From the NCBI GenBank assembly GCA_002633005.1, contig NMRA01000272.1:62001-126000 (forward strand): a stretch of 64,000 nt of DNA, read 5' to 3'. The first letter of the stretch is position 1; each line of letters opens with the position of its first letter. The notes beneath the pieces are model-generated. The model was not told the DNA's origin and ran no database searches. It saw only the letters and a program-made list of their open reading frames with translations. Of the stretch, positions 26,830-40,719 are shown in pieces. The DNA comes from Phoronis australis (Eukaryota; Animalia; Phoronida). A program made the position numbers and the translations under genes.

Positions 26830-28228
26830 AGGATGTTACCACCCAAAAACAATCTATTTTGTGTCAATTAAGATCGAGTAGCCCCACTCGATAACAGCAA
26901 GTTCAGTTGTTCTACAGGACACCAGACCGCAGACTGAGGTGTTGAAATTAACCAATGACGTACCGGTAATCGGTTCAAACGCAGTCTGTTCAGCCGTTCA
27001 CAAGCTTACTAGTGTCAACTTATCGCTTGAATTCATCGTTTTATCCCCAATAAATCATCAAACTTCGTTGTAAAACCCTTACAAATACACCAAGTTCTTG
27101 AAAAAACATGTTGTTTTATTTCACTGTTACATGTACGGATATATAGTTATTTGAACGTACTGTTGTAGCCTACAGAGTTCGGCAACTTAGCCAATTTACA
27201 CTGGTCAATCGTAGGAGTTTGGGTGTGTTTGGTGATAAATTCGAATCATCTTCCGTGAAATACGGAAAGGAGAACATAGTTGTGTGTTGTACTTTTAGTC
27301 TTGCGATATTTTCAGTTCTAAACACACGTACGGAACGCTTGAAACCCAGCCAGTGGCTCGGAACCCGATCAGGCCCATCGCGGCCGCCAGGACTCAGTGG
27401 ACATCACGAACATAAACCAGCTTAAGTTGGAAACTAAACCTCCAGTCACAAAAAGACTAAAATAGTGAGCCAAAGAAAGAATGTGCATGTAATTATTTTG
27501 GTGAAATACCCACGAAATTGAAAATCTACATACTTGTCGGGGACCAGGCGTGAAGTGCGTCAGGTTCCACTTTCGGGCCACATAACCGTCAAGGCAAAAG
27601 TTGTACAGTAACAATGACTTAAATATTATATTTGTATATCTAAATAAAGATTTCCCTAACAAAGCATCTAAGATCGAGTTATTGTTTCACAACAGCTTCC
27701 TGTCAACATGGCAACTAGCAATCCCCGGAGAGCTCATCGGACGAACACTTTGCAGGTGGATCGTTAGGTTTCACAGGCTATTAGTTCGAACCAGAATACA
27801 CTGATGAAGAAATGCTACAGAGGCACCGTGAATATGCACAGGCAACGGAACGTATGGATAGTTCGTTGGTAAGCAGCATTCGTCAGAGAAACCACTGTCA
27901 ACGAAATGCCGGCCACAGACACGGAGATGTTTCACGACCTCATGCTTGCTATTAATAGCGTACTTTTCATTCTTCACTATCGCGAGCCACGTCCTAAGCA
28001 ATTCGGGCTCTCGATATAACCGCTTTCCTCGCAGCTCCATAGTTCGGGCAAGCGGGAACGATGCACCGCAACGTAGCGGCATTCACTCCACAGATGCATC
28101 GTTTCTCACCTTCCTCACAGGTTAATGCGACACCTCTCGGCAAGGTAAGGTCGACCTTATGCAATGCGATGTGAATACAGACCGATTTAGACGGTAAAAA
28201 GACTAATTAAATCGGGTGAAATTCTCTT
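26830..28228 (-). mobile_element. Kolobok-like non-autonomous DNA transposon with THAP-domain remnant (copy 2, inverted)
   Basis: TTAA at both ends (26826-26829, 28229-28232); homologous to copy 1 in reverse; MPLRC...REPELLRTWLAIVKNE...HLRVCGRHFVDSGF matches the THAP W and CxxHF core. Confidence 0.8.
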
Positions 28229-29137
28229 TTAATACAAATTGTTGAATAAATTGTTAACAACTTGTTAAAATAAGTTCATATCCTAACACCATCAGATTTA
28301 TGTTCACTAGCTTGAAATCGCATATCATACGCATGAGGTGTCGCAGGAATTTCGACTGGTGTAACATTAAATGTTGACCCCCGTAAAAAATGACCCGGGC
28401 CATCTTTTAACGTTTAATTTTGGTCCATCGCAGCTGTTGAAAACGTGCCAGCCCGTTGGGAATTTGTCAGGGGGGCATTTTTCAACGGTTTCATTTATAA
28501 CAACCGATAGAGAGCCAGGCGGTCCCTTCGTAATATCATGTGGTTAATTCCTTAATTTGTTAGTTGCACCAGAGGCGGACTAGCGATAACTGAAGCTCAA
28601 GAGGCCCTCCCAAAGCGTCACGTGCTTGATTTAAGGCTACGATAAATGACAGATCGTGCTAATCGATTTTTGGAGTTGCTCATAATTCAGACCCGTAGCC
28701 GGGAGGCGGGAGGGGTTTGGGCATCGCTGTAAGTAGTGTCTACTTTTGCTCTTTATTTACATGATTGTATATTCTTACACGAGGAATTGGTTTATTTCTT
28801 CCCTAGCAAGATGGTTGATTTTTGAGTTGCACCAGCATTAGAGGAGAAAAGAATTAGGTAGTCCCTACCTGCAGAATGGGGGAGGACTTTTCAATTTTTG
28901 GTGGAGTCCCATATCTGTGAGAGACTCCCAGGGTACGGTGTAGCACAATAATGACAGGGAGTCAACGGGTACACCCTGCAACATGTGCTGACGTCGGCGT
29001 TTTGGTCGTCATCTGTTTACTTGTGAAATCACGGTGTCTTACTCCTCGGCGTTGCAATACCCGTTTAACCAGTCAATCAACGCTTTTGAGTTTCTCTTGG
29101 AATCTTTTGAGAGGTCAATTTCCCTGTCATGGATCAT

Positions 29138-29615
29138 CCGGTCGGTGTTCATTGAGGCACGATTGTTGGTTTTAAGTCAGCCGGTACCTCGAATATTTAA
29201 TGTAGCTCAAACTTTCAATGACATACCGTGGTTGGGATTTTTTTGTATTTCTGGCGGGCAAAACACTGAGTATATTTTGTCTGTCATGGACATACCTCGA
29301 ATATCTAAGTAGCTCAAACTTTCAATGGCATACCGTGGTTGAGGTTTTTGAGGATTTCTGCCGGGCACAAAGCGTATTTTGTTTGTCATGGCGCATTTGG
29401 CGATCAGTGATATGTATTGAATAATATGGAATTGTTTTTGTGGTACACCTCGAATGCATGAGCTAGCTCATTTTTGGGGGTCTTTTTGGGGTTTCTGGCG
29501 GACCCTTTCCAGAGTGCAAGTTGTCTGATATGGGTCGGTCGGTGTTCATTGAGATATTATTGTTCGTTTTAAATCAGATTTAGCTGGTACCTCGAATATC
29601 TCATCTAGCTCATTT
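29138..29615. repeat. Degenerate tandem repeats (~110-150 bp units), probably internal to a decayed repeat element
   Basis: Recurrent acctcgaat...tagctca core at ~29186, 29293, 29447, 29588; ggtcggtgttcattgag repeated at ~29139 and ~29537. Confidence 0.6.
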
Positions 29616-30728
29616 TGGCCCCCTTGTAAGGTCCCCAGGGGTTACAATCAGAGTGAAGACATCCATTCCCGTATATACTGACGTGGATTCTTAGGTGCTC
29701 TTATTGGTACCTCGTCCATCTAGCACTCTGGGCTGCCGGTCTAAACAGTTCATGACCGGCACTGTGCCTGAAATGAGCAGGTAATTAGATTATTTCAAAA
29801 ACTTGACCGATCGACATCGTTTCAGTAGACGGAATGTTAAGACCCTTGATATTGAACATTATGAAGTGTTAACTTGGATCCGTCCTATGTGATTTGTACA
29901 CGTGCGATGTCATTTTAGCTTCAAACTACCTGCAATTTTTTTGGGGGCCCTCCCTCTTCGTGTGATTCAATTAAAGGTAGAACTTATCCGTGTTTTAGGC
30001 AAAGGTTAGGCTCACAGTGATTGGTCCGATGGCCGGAAACAAAGTTTGTGAAGATGTTTGCGAGGTGTTATTTGACGAAAGAGATAAGTACGGGTAAGTT
30101 GGAATAACATAAGCATGGGGCTCTCCATTTCTCTGAGATCAAAGGAGAAAAGCGATGCCGATAAGGGCCCCAGAATGTTGTATTAATGTAGGACTACTTC
30201 CGTAATAGTCGCATTGTGCTAAACCAGTTTTCTCCACTGAATAATGGGCATGAACTGGTTCTCAAAATCCTGAACCCCTGCAAGTGTAATAGTAATGATT
30301 TTTGGAATGTGGTTGACGTCGGTCATATATCCTGGCCATCTTGGGTGAAGATCATGAACGTTTTCTAGCTCCTGAGTGAACCACTTCATTCGAATTTGAT
30401 TTGTGATGCGATGGTCTTTTGGTGGATTTTTTGCGCATGTCCCGAATGAGAACGGGAATCCATTGGGGCCATGACTTAATATTTCACCGTTGCAGCTTTT
30501 CATATTTTCAGTTTTTGTTCACTAAACCCTGTCTCAATAGTTGAAGCCGACTGATACTGATTCGCAAGCTCAAATCTTAAATTTGTCTCACTTTTATGAT
30601 AAAACCTAACTTTGTCTCAATTTATTTTAAAATATAGTCCTTATGTTTCACTTTTTACTCACGTTTTGTCCTAAGTTTGACTATCTTACCGTATTTTGAG
30701 GTTTCAAAGTTTGGAAGCGATACAAATC

Positions 30729-30778
30729 TTAGATTAAGTCAAACACGAACTTTTAAGTTCATGTTTGACTTAATCTAA
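30729..30778. repeat. Near-perfect 50-bp foldback (likely MITE core)
   Basis: ttagattaagtcaaacacgaactt / aagttcatgtttgacttaatctaa. Confidence 0.7.
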
Positions 30779-33289
30779 AAGCCAGTTTCTTGGAACGGGC
30801 CTTCGTTGTGTAGCAGCTCTTGTTTTCTCACTTGAAACATTGTCAAGGATCTCTTTGATTTACTGTGCAATCGAAAAAGGAACAAAAATGTAAAAGTGTA
30901 ATTCGATTAAAATTTAATCGAGTAAAACATATCCGAAATACGGTTGTCTGTGTTGTGTTATTTGCAGACTTTCAGTGGAATTTGCATACTGCCAAATTGG
31001 AAAGTATGAAACGTCAGAGGTAGTAGCGAAGCGGTAAGTCTTGAATTACCAAACTTCAAAGATATTTAGTTTGCTGTTCATTACGGTCGCGCACTGATCA
31101 TTTCCAGTGACCTAACTTCGTGGCAGTGATTATCGCTGTTGTTGTTTAGGCAAATTAAATATGGCTTCGGTAAAACGAAGTACATCGGCAACTGTTGAAG
31201 TTAGCTTATTGTTAGTTCCTGATGAACCATTTCGTCACTACTTTAAAGTCCTTCTCTCAAACTGCCCATGTGGTTCCAGTATCCGAAAGTACTTACTACA
31301 TAAAATCTTATTTTCGACACCCTTTCTTTATATTCTTTTCGCCTTTCTTGCCAAAAGCGATTTTTTATCAGTATTTGACCCTTCTCTGTGAGTGTATAAT
31401 TACCGGCTGTCATCGGTTATTTCCGTACCCACATTTCCGGCTCATCAGTTAAGGAACTTGTCCTGAACGCCGTCATGTTTTCCTTGTAACTGAATATGCT
31501 ATCGCTTGCTCGAAAAGTCTTCATTATTTTGTTTTATTAGTATTATCTCGTGATTCGTTTGCATATGTAGTGTATTTATAGTTTGTAGTTAGTGGTCGTT
31601 GATTTTTTGGAATGTTACGCGTACTTAGTATGTTAAAATAGCATTGGTGTTTAGTCCGGTCGAACCTAGGAACCAATATGGGTCGAACCAATTTTTTTCG
31701 GTTTTATTTTTTTCTCGTTTTGAAAAAGTACTTTGCTATCATCGGAAAGGTAGAGCATTCTACTCAATAAAAATCGAAAAAGTATCAAAATCCGGGCAAG
31801 CAGTGTAAAGTTATTGCAAGTTTTGTGGCGAAATTTGGGTCACTTTGTTTGGATCGCGTCGGCCATATTGGAGGACAGCGGGATAAGTTAACCAGTTTAA
31901 AACTTTGTGTAAATTGTTTTCGCCAACAAATTACGGTGAAATTTAGTTAGACATATCTTTACTTACTATTCTGCACGATTTAACAGTGTTCACCAAATTT
32001 CAGCCTCGCAGTTTTTACTCATTAAGTGATAAATGTGCTCACAATTCCCGTTGGACGGCACCGACAACATGGCGATTTTTGATGAACTGAAAGGCATGTT
32101 CAATCAGCTACTTTGTAATTTGTGAAGATTTAACGTTGATACATTTTGTCAAATGTTGCTACAAAAAAGAGACTTTGTTCAACTTTCGTGTTTTTTGTGC
32201 AAAAATATAAGATGTATTCGAATTATTTTACTGTAAATTTCCCACTCAGGTGATCTTACACTAAGCTAAAAAAAGAGTTGAAATAATTTTGAAATGGTTT
32301 TTTGTTTGACTGTCAACTGCTGTTCAAGACTTGATTCGGTGTCATTTTGACTTAATGAATAGAAAATGATAGCATTTTGTATTGGACTTGTCATACTTAT
32401 GTGCTCGAACGAGCAACCTTTTTGTAGAAATAGAAAAAGGTCTGCCTCAATCAGAGAAGCATGTACTCCGAAAAAGTAGAAAACGAGACAATATTCCACT
32501 AGAAGACAAGAAGTACCAAAATTTAGCGTCTGCAATTCATATCTCTGAACATACCCAGTGAATCTTATAATAAAATATACTAGACATTCCCAAAAATTCC
32601 AGCCCCCATTTTTTTAGGCTTGGTGGGCTCGTACAAAGTCTGGGAAAATCTCTGTTGAAAGCCAACAACTTTGCACAGTTCGCCAGAAGTACCCAGTTCT
32701 AAATAAACCTTGTTTGAGCGAGCGCTGTGGCCAGCGACCAGGTAGGCCTAAGGGTAGCCTTGTCGCAAAGCTGTATAGGCCTACTAACAAGCTGTAGTTA
32801 GTCTTCATACTCACTTGGTAGATGGCACTGAGGCTAGCTAAGGGCTGCCGCGGCAGTGTGACACAGGACTAACCAGCCCGCGGTAATTTTATGCAAGTGT
32901 CTGAAATTAACTTTGAATGTATACGGCATTTATGATTAGAACATTTTACTTCGACAAAACAGCTTTTCAACCGCATGCCTTTACCGTTCGCCAGGGTCTG
33001 GTCTCGATCCGCACCGGATCCGATAGGCTGCGGTCCCGAGTCCGGCAAAATAATTTCTGTCAAAATTTATTCCCCACATTTCTTTAGCAAATTCGATAAA
33101 ATTGTCCGTAGTTTAATTTTATTAGAATTAAGGCGCGCTGTCGATTATTCTATCCCCGTTTGCAAGCTGGTAACAGGCACTCGTCCATCCATGTTGACGG
33201 CGTTTTCTTAGCGGCTAGCCTGGGTTCCTGATAACCTGGTTCCCGGGCCTCACAAGCTGACGGCTCGGATGGCTTGTGAAGGCCCAGGT

Positions 33290-33470
33290 ACAGCGCACTA
33301 GAACGATGGTTTTCATTGGCTGTCAGCTGGCAATTTTTAAACAGGAAGTTTGCTCTGCGCATGCTGACATCCGGTATTACGTTCTCAGGTCGCTAGGTGT
33401 CGCGAGAGTAAAAGTTATTTTGAGACTGGGTCGAGTTTGCGGTCGGGGGAACTCTCTGGTGAGGTAGCTG
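33290..33470. promoter_or_regulatory. CpG-richer promoter-like segment
   Basis: ATTGG (CCAAT box), caggaagt (ETS-like) and tgcgcatgc (NRF1-like) clustered, followed by a donor-like GAG|gtagc at ~33463; no coding exon identified. Confidence 0.35.
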
Positions 33471-36400
33471 TTTATATATTGTGATATTACCAACAAACTG
33501 TAGTAAGATCATGTAATTAACGATTCTTTACTAGGAAAATAAACCTGAATTAACAATGGCTTCACTCTTTTCACTTGGCATTTTTTCAGTTTCATTGTTT
33601 GAATGCTTTTTATGAATTGAAAACGTCCCGAAATCCTGGATCCTCCCCTGCTGTAAGATCTTACGGCAGGGGATGATCCAGGATTTTGAGTTAGGGGGTA
33701 GCGGCAAAGGCAGAGTATTTTGCCCGTCAGACATTTGCACCCCCAAACTGCCAAATGGAATCTGGGAGAATTTTAGGCAGGGCCATGGCCCTCTTGACCC
33801 CCCCCCCCCTTCCCCCTATCCGTCTTTGTACAGTGTTACAGTAGACACTGCTGGCACCCAATTTCCACCAGTTCGTAGCCTACACAGTCTTCACCTCCTT
33901 GAACAACACAATTTTCGACCCTCCAGGTAGCCAAAATTCTCAAGCTACACCCCTCACCTCGTTGACATACTAATTTTTTCTTCCCCATTTCCCTTTTTGA
34001 GGTGGGACCCCGCACAACGTGAGGGTCCTAAGCCATTCAGATCACCTTGGATATATTCGGGACCTCAAACTTCTCATTGGAGGTGAATTTAACCTGCGTG
34101 ATTATCAAACTTAGTGGAGAATGATTGGCCACAAAGTTGAAGCATGTACTGAAAACATTAACTTCCAAGGGCATCCAGAACACCTCGGGTGTTTTCGTAA
34201 CCTCAAATTTCAGCTAATAGGTGAACGCTCTCTGCATGTGTGCGGACATCAGCCTATTATTCTCAAGATTGAAAATCACGTGACTTGCCATATTTTGGAT
34301 AACATTCATCTCCGAGAGGATATTTGAGGCTACGAAAATACCTGATTCAGTGTTTCTAAGAAAAATTTGTACATGTAAATAGGAAAATAGCCGAGGTGCT
34401 CCAAATGTTCCGAGGTAGCTACTAAAATACCCGAGAGGTGTTCCAAATGAGTCCTAACCTTTAGTTTTGTGCATATCTGGTACTAGAAGAATCTCCACCC
34501 AATCCCATTTAGACAGTGGCTAAAAAACATTATGTTTGTGGTCCAAGGTTTGGAATTCAATAAAATTGTAGCCTAATATTTCAAATGCACAACCTTTTTA
34601 TAAGAGCTAATGCTAACAACTGAATCCTTTCGTAATAATTCTTGGACAGCTGTCTTTTTCACCCATTAAGCTTGAAGGAGTCGGCTCAGAGATTCCTGTT
34701 GTCAAAAATGAGTCTGGTGTCCAAGGCTCTAAAAATACAGGTACCATATTAAAACCATTTTTGCAGTAGGAAAAAGGTACCATATGCAGTGTTTTTAACT
34801 TCCACAGTGAAACCCGTTGTATTCATGGGAAAAACTTTGCTTTGGTAGGGATTTTTTCAAGCACCATTTTGAAAAGAAATTGTTTGAGAAAAATCACCCA
34901 GTTGAGTGTCGTATCTTGTATAAACCTGTGGGAGTACACCCTTGGAATGGTTTTAGGAGGGTACTCTGAAAGCCCAAGGATGGTGGAATGAACCCTATCC
35001 CTATACCTAACAATGTGAGTTGAACATCTTGGAAAGTACAAGCACAATTGTTATTTCAGAATGCGCTTATCAGGTGGTGTCTTCTAGCTTCCAGATTTCC
35101 TTCGAATTAAATCCCTTAAAGCTGCTATAAATGCGTCTTATGTGAAAAAGAATAAATTTTGATCTGAACAAATTACCACTATATACAGGAATTGGAATGA
35201 CTATAAGAGGAAAATTTTCCAGGTGATCTATCATTTCACAAATAGGCTTGTGTGATAGAAATATTTTTGTGTTGTAAAATTAAACTGAAATAAATGTTTT
35301 TGCATGAATCAAGTTAGCCAAAAATGACAAAAAGAAGCTGGAAATCGAATAAGAGGAAATAAAAACAAAAAGGAAAATTCCAAGCCCTGTATATATCCCT
35401 GTCTCAACTTGTTCGATAGTGGACTTGGAAGAATTCAAACTTTGTTATTGCTCAAAGCCATAGTTATTGCACCAGGTCTTAAGCAATAACAAACTATCAG
35501 TTCAACCGAAGCCAATATACCACATGTAATCTCAGTAAGGAACAGTACGACATCAAGAGTCTAATCACGAGCGCACACATGAAGATTGACATCAGACACT
35601 AGTATCCAAATCCAATGCCAATTTTCATGTGAGTGCTTGTGATTTTTGCTACTAATTTGGTCAAAAACAACATTGTTTGTACCAGACCAATCTTATATTG
35701 TTACGTGACGATTCCAACTAAGAGGTTGGCTTAATAGCAGCTAGAAAAATGGTACAATTTGTGGATACGGAACTTCAAAAGGGTTTATTTTTTCAACACA
35801 GTTTAGTACAGATGTTTTATTATTCTCCACATATCATTTAAATGCTTTTTGGACTAAACAAATTCCAGCCCAGTCTTGTATGGATTGATTTAAAACCCTG
35901 AAAAGGGATTATGCGATCATGTTTTGGGAATACACCTCTAGAGTGAAACTTTCAATTCAAATCAAACTCGAAATTGTTTTTGTCACTTCTAGTCTACTTT
36001 CTTGGGAGATCAAGATAGTACTTAATGACCAATAGATTTGAGCTAAAATTTGAGTAAAAACTCAAGATTTCTAGCAAAACCTCTTACTCAAACTCTTAGC
36101 TCTAATGCTGGGATCATTAATTGCCGTCAATAAGCACATAGAATAAAAGAAACTTATCTCAAGTTCAAACAAAACTAGAATAGAAAATAACAAAAATAAT
36201 TCTGAGTAAAAAGTTGAAACCCAGGGAACTGGTGTTAATTTCATAATGGTTTATGCTTTCACAAAGCAGGGAATGTGCAACTTGAATGGCAGTCGTGTCT
36301 TTAGTAACCTATTCCCATAGCAACACTGGTGTAGTCAGAATTATTCAAAAGGTTGCTAAACTTGAAATTGTTGGCAACCAATGACTGTAATGTGAGGCAA

Positions 36401-38122
36401 CTTGGAAGCACTGCATGAACAGGGGACAGGGACAGGGAAGCTAGGCAAGAACAAAACTGAAATGAGTTTCTATCAGGGGAAGGGTTTGCAATGACGAGGG
36501 GATAGCCCTGTTGTGCACCCACGGCTATGTTAATACCCAGACTAAGTACTCAAGTTTATCGCTAAACTAAACCATATTTCTAATCAATACATCTGCAAAA
36601 TAAAGTTCCCAATGGTTAGATAAATTTCTTGGCATGTTGTGTGTTTTGTGGCTTATGGGTATGCTATTTCTAGGAACACATTAATGATGTCAACGTGAGG
36701 GTGTTTGCCAGTGCGAATGTTCTGAAGCATTTCACACTGCCCAACTCTTGCCACGAGGAGGCCCCCTCAGTAAGAGTCAAATTTGTAATTTTGAAAAAGT
36801 GTTCGAAAAGACCGAAATGTTGACTAAAATCACTGCTGTATTATGTAGATCATAACCACAAGAATGAAACACTAGCATGTTGCTCAAAACACTGAGCAAA
36901 ACATAATGTAACATACAGGGCACTCCCACTTTGAGAACCAGTGTTTTCTACTGTATAACAAGAACCTATTTTTCACTGAATAGCAGGCGTTAAAACTTGT
37001 TCTCAAAATTTGGATTGCCAGTGAGTGACTATTGCCTGGATAACAATCCTACCCAAGTAACGCACAAGAAACTGTCAATTTGGGTTTAAAATCTTTGAAG
37101 TACCTTGAGCTCCCAATTTTGAAATGTGAGATGTTTTTGCAACTAGTAGTCATTTTAACGAACCAGGTTTTTAAAGTTCGCTTGCTTACAATCTCTAACT
37201 CCAGGATGCTTTGATTACAGCGAACCTTAGTAGTTTCAGAATGTTTTAGAATGGTTCTTAGATCTTGTTTTGCAATTAGACTGATATTTATAGATGACTG
37301 TTTCAAACTTTACAACACTTGACATCATGTGAACGTGGAAAGAAAAAATGAAGCAGTCGACCAGTCGGGGTCCAGGAGAGAGGAGACTTGCATAGATTTC
37401 ATATGATCAAATGTGACACTCTGACCAGTGACTCGGGAATTGCAAAAGTCACCACGAAAGGGTGAATTTCCAAATAAATTCCACACAAAAATATTTACTT
37501 TTTGGTTGGAACTGTACAAAATGATCCATTTTAGCACCAAAACCACTGAAAGTTTCATATGTAACTGAGGTTTGTTGTTTTAAAAAGAATACAGCCCAGA
37601 GAGCTTTTTGACGAAATTCAATTCCCTGTAAATAATAGCTTTACATAATTATGTTATCAGAAAAGTTGATTCTTCCATTGAGGCTCTCACCAAAATGGGT
37701 CAGTTTTAATCACTGTTCCAACTCATAAAAGGGTGAGGTTTTATCTTGCTGACTATACAAAAGAGTGTGTATAATCCTAATTTCACAGCAACAAACACCC
37801 TCCGAAATAATTGAATACTCTGTACGACTGTAGGATGGCAGTCAGAGGCACTGCTGAATGGCACCGACAAAAGCAATGTCAGTCATTATAAAACTCGTGC
37901 TAGACTGGTTAAGAGTGTTTAGGACCATTGACTGTATTTTTATGCTCCTAACTTCTGTGGGTAATGACAAGTATGCCAGTGTACTATACATTACAATGAC
38001 AATGTCAGTTGTCATGAATAGCAGTATTTCAGCACATATCCTTATCTGACCTAATAATTCAACCTTCACGGTAATCACGGGAGCTTCCTTAACGTACATG
38101 AACATGTTAACATAGGAGAGGG

Positions 38123-38858
38123 GGTAATTGTTTACAATATGATGACAATGACTTAGACCTATGATTTTGGTATCGTTCGATTCTTCGCACCGTCATCTTT
38201 CCAAAAATATATGAAATGATCCCCTACCGCGTTTCCTCCCTATTTTATCGTCGAATTTCATTTGGCACTATTTCCCGGTGGACACCGCCATGTTAGCTCA
38301 ACTCAAGATTACAGCGACACCTACTGTTAATGAATGAAACAGCATCATTGAATATGAATGGTGTTTGCCTGCGCGAGATTTCCGCTAAAGTTTTCCTGAC
38401 ATAATATTGATGAACAGGTAGAAGCATTGAAATTACCTTTTCCATTTTTTTAGAATTGTGACCATTCGACCATTTTTCCACGAAACTGTCTGAAGTAATA
38501 CTATTTTCAAAAATTTGGACCTCAAAAACAACCTTCGCTGTTTTGGCGGATTCTTGCTAGCAGATGCGTATATCATAGGATCGAATTCGAATCCTTGGTT
38601 CCGTAACTCGGGCAGGGGATTGACGGCTCTCGGTCAATTTGAACTTATGAAAAGCGACGATCTGCAAGTCGGTAGATTAATTCAGTTTTTGACCGACAGG
38701 TGACTCCTTCCATTCAATATGGCGGTATTACTACAGCGTACCAGGAAATAGTACTAGGAGAAATTTCTGAGTATATTTGGAAAGATAACATTGCGAGGAA
38801 TCGAACGATACCAAAATCATATGTCTAAGTCATTGTCGTCATATTGTAAACAATTACC
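38123..38858. mobile_element. MITE with ~90-bp TIRs, Merlin-like termini
   Basis: ggtaattgtttacaatatgatgacaatgacttagac... inverted at ...gtctaagtcattgtcgtcatattgtaaacaattacc; flanks ggagaggg / cgagaggg (8-bp TSD with one mismatch, or 6-bp gagagg if the termini are GGG). Confidence 0.85.
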
Positions 38859-39167
38859 CGAGAGGGTGTGCCCTGAAAAGATTGAGGCAATCTCCCGTGG
38901 CCACTTAGCTACTCCTTTCCCGCTATTCGGTGCTATAGTGTGCCTAAAATGACTGTTGTTGTGAATGGCCTAGGCTATCTCTTCCACAAATTATTTCGTA
39001 AAATGTCACATCACTTCAGAATACAGCATAATATACAAGATAATTATCATTAAATGTTTCGTATGCGTTACTGCTGATGTATTCCTTGACTCGTTAGCTT
39101 TGAAATGCGGTAGTTTGACGAGAACAGAGAGATTTAAACAGCTAAAATCCATCGACATTCTTCCCTT

Positions 39168-39414
39168 ACTGGAAGTCGCCATGTTAGTGAACTAGTTTGA
39201 CCTATTATTCAACTGACCAATAGAATGCCTTGTTTCTTGAAATCGGAACAGCCAATGGTATTCCAAGAATGCACATGAAAAAGTGCGCTGTAGCAGACCC
39301 CAACCAACCTCGAGGGAGGGTCTGTGCAGGAGACTAGGGTTCCTGAATGAATTGTACTTCCGGGTTCGCGGCAAGTTCAAAATGGCGGTGGTTCTTCGGG
39401 TGCGAATCGTGAGT
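39168..39414. promoter_or_regulatory. Candidate bidirectional promoter with two divergent short first coding exons
   Basis: Minus: aacATGGCGACTTCCA|gtaagg (39182-39170); plus: aaaATGGCG...ATC|gtgagt (39382-39408, MAVVLRVRI); CCAAT at ~39217 and ~39252, acttccgg ETS-like motif at ~39356. Confidence 0.45.
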
Positions 39415-40100
39415 GGCGCGTTCATTTAAACTTTTTTCGAGTACGGATCGTGTATTAGTTATGAGGTAGGTACTTCTTGGATCCTTATAACATTCTCTAA
39501 CCATGTAATAAGGGTTAACAACGCGTGAGAGAAGGACTTTAAAGTAATACAGTTGTAGCAGTGTACATGTAAATACCACTCAACATGCAACCACGGCAGG
39601 TCTCAACATCTGGAACAGGACTGTTCATTATATGACACTTCTGTCTCAGCTTTCAGTTTCTATATATTATATCGTCTGCAACTCAGGCACCGATTCTTCG
39701 CCGATATCAAACATTGTTGTCACTGGCCATGACAGCACCCGATACTATCGGCGACAGTATTACACGAGCAGCAACGACGACCGTCCCAGCAACACGTGAA
39801 CCATCCATGCTACAGAATCCGTAGCCAGCCAGCTACGTGTAGGCCTAGCTGTATCAACAGACTGTCGTATATTTAGTATACAGCTATGTACCAAGGCTAC
39901 AGAATCCGTAGAAATGCGACAACGTGCCTGCAATCACGCTACAGCAAGCATATTCGCCGGAGCTGTCATCAACTGTGGAACTTCTAACGTTCGTGAAAAC
40001 AGACGACGTGTAGGCTACGCGCTCCGGTCAATGACCTAGTTTCATGAATGAGTGCTGTTACCCGATGAGGATTTTACAATGTTATAAATATTCTTGTTAT

Positions 40101-40203
40101 TACTTGGCGGAATTCTTCCGCCAAGTATGTTGCTTTGACAGCAAGTTTTTTACTTGGCGGAATTCTTCCGCCAAGTATGTTGCTTTGACAGCAAGTTTTT
40201 TAC
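40101..40203 (+). repeat. Two tandem 50-bp copies of the Helentron-like 5' hairpin end, abutting an assembly gap
   Basis: tacttggcggaattcttccgccaagtatgttgctttgacagcaagttttt x2, nearly identical to 45173-45222; followed by n at 40204. Confidence 0.8.
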
Positions 40204-40719
40204 NTCATATCTTCTATTAGAAGGAAAACGGTTCCCTCAACCTTAGGCTAGAAGTATGCTTGACAGACCCATGAACCTGTGATCTGAGTTTAAAATTGCT
40301 GAAAGTATCAAAATTAAAAAGGCTTGAAAGGTTTGAAGTTGTCTCAAAAAATTGTATATTTTACAGACAAGTGATACGTTTAAAGAATTGTTATGGCTAG
40401 GGATAAAAAATAAAGACAGTTTTATGCAATACTCATTATATACACCCTTGGTTTCTGAAAATAGTGATTATTTACTTTTATGTGAAACTGTAGACCAATC
40501 ACCATATATTTTTGAAAAACAGGGTTAACATTTTTGATCCAATCTGGAGTACTTAATTATTCATATTTCAATATTTGTTCCAGGTTCAGTGACATTTTAA
40601 GGCCAATTCAAGCTGTATCATAGACAAGCTTTGTTACTCCGTTGTCTTCCCACAGCACTTCCACACACCAGCAGTGCTGCATGGCACAATGTGCAAGTCA
40701 GTGGCCCTGGAGAAATGTG

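Noticed and set aside
34823-35047. STHIVRYR / YRDRVHS peptide as a missing ACTR6 exon
   Set aside because: Only superficial similarity; lacks VDSG and the surrounding conserved ARP6 residues.
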